The position numbers and the translations under genes were made by a program. This document shows positions 12,461-22,589 of a stretch of DNA of 64,000 nt, piece by piece. The notes beneath the pieces are model-generated. The model saw only the letters and a program-made list of their open reading frames with translations. It was not told where the DNA came from and searched no databases. Where the stretch lies: contig JBHGNT010000001.1 of NCBI GenBank assembly GCA_043228905.1, positions 30,380,001 through 30,444,000 of the forward strand, given 5' to 3'. Every line of letters begins with the position of its first letter. Within the stretch, counting starts at the first letter, position 1. This stretch comes from Azolla caroliniana (lineage: Eukaryota > Plantae > Polypodiophyta).

Positions 12461-13657
12461 CTTGGAAGAAACTTCTTCAGAAAAGGCCTGCATCAATAAA
12501 TAACAAAACAATATTATTATCAAACAATAGGATTGTGAACAATCAAGTGGTAAAGATGAGGGAAGATACAACCAAGTTGACAACATGGAGTTGACAGTTT
12601 TGACACTGAGATGAAATAATCCATTTGTTTCACTCATCACATAGGCAAAACAATCTCTTCTTGTAAATGAATTTCTTTCCCACTAGAGGAAGATACATAC
12701 ATTCTTGAAAACCTTATGATACTTGACCCTTCCAATGCTATACTTGAAACCCCATTCTCAAATAATTTTCATGAAGCCAAACAATCAAAGTTTCCACACA
12801 TCATATGTAAACTTGGATTGCAAATAGTATACATCTTTTTATGGTAACAATCTCCTCTTGTAAATGTGCTTCATTCCAACAAAAGGAAGATATATGCAAT
12901 GTTTAAACCATTTTGATACTTGACCCTTCCAATGCTATACTTGAAACCATTGGGAGTCAGAAAGAAAAGTTTGGCCACTTTCAAATCATTTTCATAAGCC
13001 AAACCATCAAAGTTTCTAAACATCATATGTAACTTGGATTGCATACAATATACATACATCTTTTTTTGGTAGCTAGCAACATCAATCACCGTTATCATAG
13101 CTTGTACTTAAACAATTGTTTGCCTCCACCCACCTAGATCCAATACCAAGTATACAAGCATCGCTCTCATTTGCAAACCTTTCATGCGACTACAATACTA
13201 TCATCACATGTCTCATGTCTCAAAGTTTGCATTCAATCGAAGGCTTCATCATCATTGAACAAATCATTCATCAAATTTCAATGTCTCTCATTTCTTGCTA
13301 AAAATCTATCATGTACTATCAACCACCACCATGTTGAATGTAACAACCACCACGTTTTTTTATGTCTATTGATGATCACTTTCCCCTATCTTGCCACCAA
13401 TAGGGAAGAGGCAATGGAATGACCCTAAAAAACATCTATTTACAATATGTGCTTATTTTAATCAATCATTATGTTGAACCCTTGTAGAAATTTGAATTTT
13501 TTTGACGGAAAATTCGCAATAGCATGTTGAATGATCTAGACCATGAATTTAGATGTCATGCAATGATATTGAAAGAGATAGAGAAAGAAATGATATTTTA
13601 TTACCCAAACCGCATGATATTGTGGTGTCCCTTCAATGCAAGTTCATGTCTTCATGT

Positions 13658-13806
13658 TGTGGTGTAGATGTGTTCCTTTGTGCCACCCTTTTAGCAAGCA
13701 TGTAGCTAAACCAACCCAAGTGGGTACATTTGCATCTATTTTATATTGATCAAAATTTAAGAAGCTAGGTAGGCTGGTTTTTTATTCTCTTTATGTGCAT
13801 TTCACA
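13658..13806 (+). mobile_element. Solo LTR of the same family as 10009-11160
   Basis: TGTGGTGTAGATGTGTTCCTTTGTGCCACCCTTTTAG...TTATGTGCATTTCACA. Flanks are ATGT and ATAT. Confidence 0.85.
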
Positions 13807-14936
13807 ATATGCATCACATACTAAACTAGAAAATATATGTTTTTTTTTCACAATGGTTTATATTATATCTAAACGATTTACATGATACTTCATCATATAT
13901 TTTTACCTTTTCAACTGCTCTTAAACTGTCATAGTCAGACATATCTCCCAAAGCATTACCAAGAACGATTATACATGGCCACATGCCTCATGTTGATGGA
14001 GGAAATACCGAGGGAGATGGTTAATACCTCCAACGTATATAATTCATCCTTTCCCATCACTTCTTAAAAACCTCTTAAAAAATACATGTATACACACAAA
14101 TCAAACTCGGTAGTATATATTGTCACCACATCAATGCAAAGAATTGTAAAAAATTGGTCATCAACATCAAATCAAAATCAAACATCAATATCAACATTGA
14201 AAACTTTCTAGTGATATGTTGGTTTGATGATTACACTATAGCAACATAGAGGAAAATCAAACCAAAATATAGAAAACATAACGTTGAAATTATGTAAACC
14301 CTTACCACAAAATTGATGTGCTACATATAACAAATAGACTCAATATCTCAAAAGAAAAAGAAAAACAAGCAACAATATTAAGATCTTTCTCTCTCTCATG
14401 GTATGCTTTTTGTGTTAGCATATTCTATCTTGAAATCTCTTGCTTACGTTCATTAAGAAGAATCGCGAGGTTTGGAATGAATACCATTAGAACATGGATT
14501 TCATGTTATGTTTACTAATTAAGAAACCTCGAAAACCTCAACAACTTTTCCACGACGTCACATAGTTTCACACATATATCTTTGCTTAAAGCGCGTTTTT
14601 AGCTGATAGCATGATTTCAAGATGTCATTCAAAAGGATCATATTTTGATTCACTTCAACAAAATGAAAGTGTTCGACTCCGAGTTGCATAAACTGAAAGG
14701 AAGGCAATGACTCAAGTTGCACAAGTTCGAGAACGTGAATGTGAAATGTTGTTGCATGTAAAACAATATAGGGACAAGGATAGATATGAAACATGAAGAG
14801 TTGCACACATAAAAATAATTGTGGGGAAGACGTGTGAGCACTAGGTGCAACAAATATGACTAGATTGTATATATGCAAAAACATGAATCTAGCATTTGCA
14901 TGGAGGCCTTAAAAACAATGCAAACTAAGAATGCAT

Positions 14937-15044
14937 GGGTTTTAAAAGGCTAAAACCATTGCACTCTAATGAATACATGGTGTAAATAAAGGGTTTTAAA
15001 AGGCTAAAACCATTGCACTCGAATGAATACATGGTGTAAATAAA
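14937..15044. repeat. 54-bp tandem duplication
   Basis: GGGTTTTAAAAGGCTAAAACCATTGCACTC..AATGAATACATGGTGTAAATAAA occurs twice. Confidence 0.85.
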
Positions 15045-15534
15045 GACCTAAACCAGTATTGACTAATGTGTGGGTTTTAAAAGGTCTTACCAAAACCAAC
15101 ATAAACATGTGCGTGCATGCGGAGGCTATGGCTAGCAAAAACATGTGAATGTGGAGGACTTGACTTTAAACCAATGTACAGGTTTGATAGTAGGACGAGT
15201 GTTTATAGGCCATTCGGCACAAAAGTGGATTGGCAAGATGCATGGTGGGGAATGAAGGAAAAATGTATGAATGCTGGAGAATAGGTTGTCGAACGATGGA
15301 GAAGAGGGTTTTGAGAATAATGGAGGTTGTGTGTACTTATATCAGCTATGGAGGTGTTGGTATATTGAAGAGGTACTTAAATCAAGGTGAAAGACTTGGG
15401 GGTTGATATATAAATAGGTTATATAGTATTTCTACTCCAAGGTTTAACAAATAGCAATAAAGATGACCTTGTAGAAAACACTAGTAAGGTGTGATACATT
15501 ACTTAAGCTCCTAGGGGGGGAGTTAGTTAGTTAG

Positions 15535-16062
15535 TTAGCTACTAGGGACAAATTGGGGCATGAGGTGGCATTGGGCAGGGAGGCGAAATGTGGCCTGGGT
15601 GAGGCGGGGCGCCGCCGAGGGCGGGATCCACGGCCCTAGAATGGCGCGGACACGAGCCATGATGGTGCAAAAGCACGTGGGATTGACGGCGTGGAGCGAG
15701 GAGCAGCAGAGCGAGCTGACCGCGGGGGCATCGTGTGTGGCGCCATTCATGTCCTCGGACCCCATGTTGGCCACCATGGCCGCAAGGGACGGCACGCATA
15801 CCGCGAATGCCACCATTGAGGATCGGCATTCCGGGTCGACCACCACCACCGATGGTTGAGATTGAGATGGAGATGGAGCTGAAGATGAAGATGAAGGTGG
15901 AGGAGGTTCTTGTGCCATGGCAACAACTGATCCTTTGTACTCCTCTTTCGGTGCATTAAAGATGGGTGCCAAGATCATCATCATGAGGATACATTTCATG
16001 ATCTTTGCCATGATGTTCGATGATGATGATGATGATGATGAAGAGCTATGCAACAATATCAT
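15535..16062 (-). CDS. Non-specific lipid-transfer protein / eight-cysteine-motif (prolamin superfamily) protein
   Basis: Hydrophobic N-terminal signal-like segment and a Pro/Ser linker, then the cysteine pattern C-X9-C...CC...CxC...C (CRSSMVAFAVC, SLCCSSL, PTCFC, LPAQC). The true start may be a downstream Met. Confidence 0.8.
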   Translation of the reverse strand: MILLHSSSSSSSSSSNIMAKIMKCILMMMILAPIFNAPKEEYKGSVVAMAQEPPPPSSSSSAPSPSQSQPSVVVVDPECRSSMVAFAVCVPSLAAMVANMGSEDMNGATHDAPAVSSLCCSSLHAVNPTCFCTIMARVRAILGPWIPPSAAPRLTQATFRLPAQCHLMPQFVPSS

Positions 16063-18336
16063 GTGTTGATGTATGACTTCTTTTTTGTTGGGGATGGGGT
16101 GGGGGTGAGTGCTCTTCGGGGCCTTCTGATGATATAGGAAGGATGATCTCTTCTACTTGGATTGCTTGAGATCTTTACTGTAACTATTTATGATTATCGT
16201 AAATGCTCTATTTTAAACCCTAGCCCAGCAGCCTCTGTATCTGTCTGTCTGTCTGTCTTCCTTCACGCCGCTGATTGCTTATCAATCAAAAGTATTGTAA
16301 ATAAGAATTTGCGCCGTTATTATCTGTGTACCATTACGCAATGAGAGAAAAAGAAAACGAACCCTCCCCCCAAGGAGTTCTTTTTTATTCATGTTGGCTA
16401 GGGATTGTCTAGACTCTAGACTCTAAATATACACCGTTTCCTTCCTGCACCCCCACGTTCACAATTGTATAGTATGTATGTCTTGGGCGTCATTTATCTT
16501 AACCCATCACTTAGTTACGAGCCTCTCTCTTGTAATTTTATTTATTTTTGGATGCTTCTTTCTCCACTACAACAATTTCTTGTGTTGGACCAACATTGTG
16601 TTATGAGCTTCTTATGACATAATAATGGCATTCATAGTGCCGAGACAGAAGCATAATTTCGTTAAGTTTTGGTATGCTTTTGACTAGCATCCTACATAGT
16701 TGCAAGCCTAGATAGGGGGGCAATGCTTCCGACCCAATAAATTTTGTAGAGGATATGAGTTGAGTTAGGTAGGTGTGATGGGTTCAATGGCCTTTGTGAC
16801 AAAACATGGAGAACTTTTATGCATGCTAATTGGGGGTGGGGGGGCGCAAACAATTTCATGCAATGTTTCCATCTTAATAGAATCGATTTTGAATGAATGT
16901 TCCATTAAGAGAGTTAACATATCGAATGCCCCTATTCTTGTTTATTTGAAGGATCAACATGCAAGAGTTATATCCAAACAATACTTGGGTTCAATGGCAA
17001 AACGAAAGGAATACTTTTAAATTTGACGAGATTGAATTTTTATTCTATAAATATCTAAAAATGGGAAGTCTTTTTTAGTAGTTTTCTAGTACACCACAAG
17101 CTAGGTTACAATGTCTATTATCTACAACTTTATCGATAATAATGCAAATTTCATATCTTTCTCATGTCCATTTCCAACGAACAATGGATTGCTAATCCAA
17201 TTAGTTGCCTTGGCATATACAAAAAAACATAGTGATTTCCATGATTGTTGAGTTTGTTATAGGGGTTCAAGGTGTATCTAAGATCGACTTACTTTTCCAA
17301 AAACAAAAATGGTTCATAGAATATACAACACAAGTTGTTTTTTTGCATGAATATACCTCTAACGTGATCATCGGAGCAGAAGCGAGATTTGACATGAGAA
17401 GTAAACCTAGAGCCAAAGAAAACAAGGATGGAAAGGAGAGGGAAATGGACAAAGTTTATATAACGTGTATTACAATAACAACAAAGACCCAAGCTGTGGT
17501 TGCCTAAAGAGGAAAAAAAAATCTAGGAGTGGAAGGCATGATGAGGGGTGGGGTATGAAAAAAAACCATTCACCCACGTGTTTACAAAATCAATGAAATC
17601 AATTCAACTGATTTTTGCAACATCGATCGATGTAGGGGTGAACTCTCTTGTAATTAGCTTACTCTAGTGGTAAGCCATTTACATTACTAGTACTACATCT
17701 TGAGTTTGAAACCCAATTTTCTCACCTTTCTATTACTTCATAGATATCTCCTATTTCACTAGATGCCACTATGGAATGTAGGGGTGATCTCTCTCTCTCT
17801 CTCTCTCTCTCTGAATGGGTAAATACCCCATTTTTTATTGTAAACCAATTGTCTCATGGGCCAATTTTGGTTTTAGAAGACGTTAATATATCTTTCTTTC
17901 TTTCTCATTGTTTCTTGTATCATCTTCTTTGGCTAGATCTTCCAACCGAAGCTAGACAATTGCTAGCGGCCCAACAAGAAAAGAAAAAGAAGCGGATGGA
18001 CATGGTCACTCGTTTCCAATTGGCAAAGTGTTTATGGACATGTGGATGATCTGCGCTACCAGGCCTTGGTGGCCCTCCGGGCCACGGACAAACATGAAGA
18101 AGAAGAAGAAGAAGAAGAAGATACTAATGAGGAATATATATGTACATTATCATACACCCATCTGCTCATGCTTTAGACATCACATATCGACGTGTCTATT
18201 ATGACACAAATCATAAAGAGGCCTGGTGAGGGAATCGCGGCCACAGACGGTGCAGGTCGCTCAGAGAAGGCGCGTGTGATCTGCACCGTCCGATTTGGAT
18301 GAGGAAGAAGGCGCCAAAAAAAAAGCTGCGCAGGCG

Positions 18337-18832
18337 GTCGCCCAACCCTGTCAGAGGTCTCCCAACCGTTTTTTTTTTAAATTTTTGGTTGATTTGGTCA
18401 CCCAACCAACTCAAAAAAAAAAGCAGGTCACCCAATTGTTTATTTTTAAATAGGTTGGGTGACCTGTTTAACCAGGTTGGGAGACTCCTTTAGAGTTTAT
18501 ATTGAGTTGGTCACCCAACCAACTCAATAAAAGAAGCAGGTCACCCAATTGTTGATTTTTAAAACAGTTGGGCGACATGTTTATCCAGGTTGGGAGACTC
18601 CTTTAGAGTTTATATTGAGTTGGTCACCCAACCAACTCAATAAAAGAAGCAGGTCACCCAACTGTTGATTTTTAAAACAGTTGGGCGACATGTTTATCCA
18701 GGTTGGGAGACTCCTTTAGAGTTTATATTGAGTTGGTCACCCAACCAACTCAATAAAAGAAGCAGGTCACCCAACTGTTGATTTTTAAAACAGTTGGGAG
18801 ACCTGTTTATCCAGGTTGGGAGACTCCTTTAG
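18337..18832. repeat. Left subterminal array: GGTC(A/G/T)CCCAAC motifs in 113-bp tandem units
   Basis: CCAGGTTGGGAGACTCCTTTAG recurs at 18472, 18585, 18698 and 18811. Each unit has four motif copies in both orientations. Confidence 0.93.
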
Positions 18833-19069
18833 GGATGTCTATAAAAGCCCTAAACCTGTCATAATCTGTCATTTTTTCAAACGAGATTGACAGGTTGGGT
18901 TTGCCAGGAAAGAGGTGGGAGCTCCTCCATCACAAATCGTCTGTGGCTGCACAAATCGATCTCCTCCATCACAAATCGATCTCCTCCATCACTATTCCCA
19001 GGTATGCTCCTTGTTATTATATCTTCCACAATGTTATATTCATCGCTTCTTAATAATAATGAAAACAAG

Positions 19070-19213
19070 CAAGATTGTATGGACCATATTGATGCATAGA
19101 CATGTTTAAGCTTTAGGGTTTAGAGTCACTATAGACAAGAAGATTGTATGGACCATATTGATGCATAGACATGTTTAAGCTTTAGGGTTTAGAGTCACTA
19201 TAGACAAGAAGAT
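19070..19213. repeat. ~69-bp tandem duplication inside the MULE
   Basis: AAGATTGTATGGACCATATTGATGCATAGACATGTTTAAGCTTTAGGGTTTAGAGTCACTATAGACAAG occurs twice. Confidence 0.9.
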
Positions 19214-19518
19214 AAGCGAACCATAAGTGAAGTATAATAGGATCTAATAGGCAAGGCTTTGTTGATTTCCAGCCACTCTAATCCCAGCCAGTATCTTGAA
19301 GGCATAATCTAGAAGAGGATGTAACCACTCTTATCCACACTATAGGTGAGGCCTATCAAACTTATTATGATCTTGCGTTCACTAGATTTGCTTGCTTAAA
19401 CTTGATTTAATCATCTATATTTTGATTGTTGGTTTTAATGATTTGCTTGCTTAAACTTGATATTTGGTGTGTTTGAGTACTAAAATAAAAAAATGTTTGA
19501 TTACTTGAATGGTGGTAG

Positions 19519-21520
19519 ATGACTTCCAACTCCAAGTACAAAGATTGGTGGGATTTCGATAACAGTGATATATATCCAACTCAAGAGAGGTATGTCACGA
19601 ACCAATCTCCCCCAAGAATGGTTTAGGGTTTGATGCATGTATGTTGACTCGTGATTTGTTAAAGGGTCTTCGTTAGAAGACATTGGCGAAGTCGAGGAGC
19701 CGACATGTGTACGAGTGGGGACAAAATGGACCAAGATGCTCCTCCAAATGGTATGTGGATTTGGTGTCGTTGTAATATCTCAATCTTTATGCCAATCTTT
19801 ATGTCAATCTTAAATATGTAACACAGGTGCAGAAGGAACAGTTGCTCCTCGTCCCGACTTGTTGTATAAGGTTGGAAGAGATGCAAATGGGAACAAGGCT
19901 CGTGCATGTATCTACACTGAGTTTTGCCGCCTCTCGCCAAGGTGGTATCGGAAAAAAAGTGACATGGAGTCACATTTACGCAGAGAACATGCAATAGACG
20001 TAGTCCTACCACGAGGGATGCGTATAGAGGAGGAGGAGGGTATTCCGGGGGCATGCTTTAACAGTTATGAGCGTCAAAGATCACTCAAAAGATTCATGGA
20101 CCCGGAAATCAAGTACTACAGAAATCGACAAAAATATATCCGAAAGTTGAAGGTTAGGGTTGTTTCGAAATACAACTCTATTCCTGCTGAACTCCGTCTT
20201 GACACACAGGCAGAGTTCGTGGCACGATTTATGGACAAAGAGATGACTATATACGACTCCAATAAGGATGAGCGTTTGGAGATGTTGACGAAGAAGATAG
20301 CAGCTGGTTTGGATTCTTATGTAAGTATGAGTGAGGATTTCATTTCAGATTGTTGGAGGGTTTATTGGCAAAATTCAGATAATAAGATGTGTCTTATTGT
20401 GGTGAAACAGTGTAAAAAGGCGGGGATATCCACCCAACCGCAGGGTGTGTCCACGGATGTGGATGAGAGTCAAAACCCATCTGAGGGTGGTGTGTCCACT
20501 CCACCGAGACGGAGACGACCGAAAATGCCAATCCGACGGAAGGAGGTCGAGTCAAACACTGATGTTGTTTCCCTAACATCAGATTCAGATGACGCTGCAT
20601 CGGATGTGGCCATAGTTCAAATTCAACATGGCAAGGGCATAAGGTTATGGATTCAAACCCCAAATAAACACTTTTCCAGGTAGGGTTTAAGTGAAATATA
20701 AACTAGTATCTTACTAATTGACATGGAGTGTGATTTACCTACTCAAAACTACATATTTCCATGCATTCAGGTACCAGCTAACTTGCCCACGTCTCGATAT
20801 GGCCCTTGATGTTACCGAGTCAGATCTTGAGACCATATGCAAGAGCCGTGAAATGGCATCGACATGGACTATGACCTTATTCACGTTGTGGATGGAATAC
20901 TCATTGCCACTCGAGGTGACAGAACGCTTCACCATCGTCGACCCACTATGGGTGCAGCTACACCAGCAGGCAATGAAGGAGCAAGACATCCTTAAGAAAG
21001 TTGCGCAATGTGAGATTACGCTCATTCCGATCGTGCTTGATGGGCATTGGAACTTGTGGTTCACCATGCGACAACAAGCTTCTAAGCTAACTAGCAAAGT
21101 AGTCTTCTGCGATCCATTGAACAGACCAGCAACAGACAACATGCGGAGAATGGCAGAGTTGGCGATTCGGACAATTTCATCTGAACCGTCAGACCACACC
21201 ATTGTGCCCAATGGTCGACATCAGGTACTGCACATCCCAACACAGCCAAATTGTTGGGATTGTGGCTTTTATGTGATGAAGACTATCCAAATGTTGGTGA
21301 GGGAGTTCTTACAAGGATGGATATCTTCGACTTTTGTAAGTGTAATTGCAATTCCTTGTTCATGTGGATTGTGTATAGATGTGTTCTTATACATATTTGG
21401 TTACAGGGCACAGAGATGTGGTTCACCAAACGCGAAGTGGATTCACTTCGGATTCATGTGGACGAGTGGGCACGATCGGTATTAGGATTTGCACTTGCGA
21501 CCGGTGGCTCCATATTGTAA
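19519..21520 (+). CDS. MULE-encoded C2H2-zinc-finger / Ulp1-family (peptidase C48) SUMO-protease-like protein, spliced, ~532 aa
   Basis: Predicted GT-AG exons 19519-19589, 19665-19750, 19827-20320, 20411-20679, 20771-21335 and 21407-21520 join in frame without stops (the 90-nt intron 3 is in frame and could be retained). Catalytic motifs IPIVLDGHW, FCDPL, QPNCWDCGFYV and C-terminal WFTKREVDSLR. N-terminal CIYTEFC-X12-HLRREH. Confidence 0.82.
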
Positions 21521-21856
21521 ATTTTGGGAATGTTGTTTTCAACACAGATTTGGCTATAGAGCTGATGTTGTAACTATATTTTGGAATCCCCAAAAATTTT
21601 GTATAGTGAGAATCGACTCATTGTATATCGCGATATTACTTATTAATGGAAATGTTGTTTACAACAATTATTTATCTCAATCTGAATGTATTTATCTCAA
21701 TCTGAATATTGTGGATGATCTGAATGTATGGTTTTAAACCAATCGCAAGTTGTGGTATTGTAAACGCGATTACTTGTTAATGGAAATGTTGTTCCCAACA
21801 ATTATTGTGGATGTTCTGAATGTATGGTTTTAAACCAATCGCAAGTTGTGGTATTG

Positions 21857-21969
21857 CCCAAACCTTTTAAAATTAATTATCTTTTGTTTTGGTCACCCAA
21901 CCAGGTTGCCCAAACCTTTTAAAATTAATTATCTTTTGTTTTGGTCACCCAACCAGGTCGCCCAACCTG
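21857..21969. repeat. Internal cluster of the subterminal GGTCACCCAACC motif (~52-bp duplication)
   Basis: CCCAAACCTTTTAAAATTAATTATCTTTTGTTTTGGTCACCCAACCAGGT occurs twice, followed by CGCCCAACC. Confidence 0.88.
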
Positions 21970-22140
21970 TTATGTAAACGGCCAGAAAAACGGTCATCTT
22001 AACATGTAAATTAATCGCATTCTCTGTCACTTTAAACCATTCTCTGTCATTTTAATCATAGCTCATTGCATCTCCAATATCTGTCTTATAATCACATTCT
22101 GCGTCTTAATCACATTCTTATTTTGCACAATCTCTAAAAG

Positions 22141-22582
22141 CTAATCAGGATTAGTTATATTCTTAATCAGTTATAATCAGATTAGTTAGATTCTTAATAA
22201 GATTAGTTAGATTCTTAATCAGATTAGGGGGATTCTTAATCAGATTAGTTAGATTCTTAATCAGTTATAATCAGATTTTGTAGATTCTTAATAAGATTAG
22301 TTAGATTCTTAATCAGATTAGGGGGATTCTTAATCAGATTAGTTAGATTCTTAATCATCTTAGTTAGATTCTTAATCAGTTATAATCAGATTTTGTAGAT
22401 TCTTAATAAGATTAGTTAGATTCTTAATCAGATTAGGGGGATTCTTAATCACATTAGTTAGATTCTTAATAAGATTAGTTAGAGTCTTAATCATATTAGG
22501 GGGATTCTTAATCAGTTATAATCAGATTAGTTAGATTCTTATAACCAGATTAGTTAGATTCTTAATCAGATTAGTTAGATTC
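22141..22582. repeat. ~21-bp minisatellite (ATTCTTAATCAGATTAGTTAG) directly upstream of the transposase ATG
   Basis: Roughly 20 units with recurring variants (..TAATAAG.., ..TAGGGGG, ..TTATAATCAG). Ends ~7 bp before the ATG at 22590. Confidence 0.95.
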
Positions 22583-22589
22583 ATTCGAG

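Noticed and set aside
11165-13600. Old DNA-transposon coding remnant around the hAT MITE
   Set aside because: It looks like decayed coding DNA with an internal duplication, but I found no diagnostic motif to assign it.
17655-17716. Third tRNA/SINE-like head (TAGTGGTAAG ... GAGTTTGAAACCC)
   Set aside because: The boxes are degenerate and no tail or TSD was found.
18472-18832. CRISPR-like array
   Set aside because: Whole units are repeated with no unique spacers, there are no cas genes, and the context is a eukaryotic transposon end.
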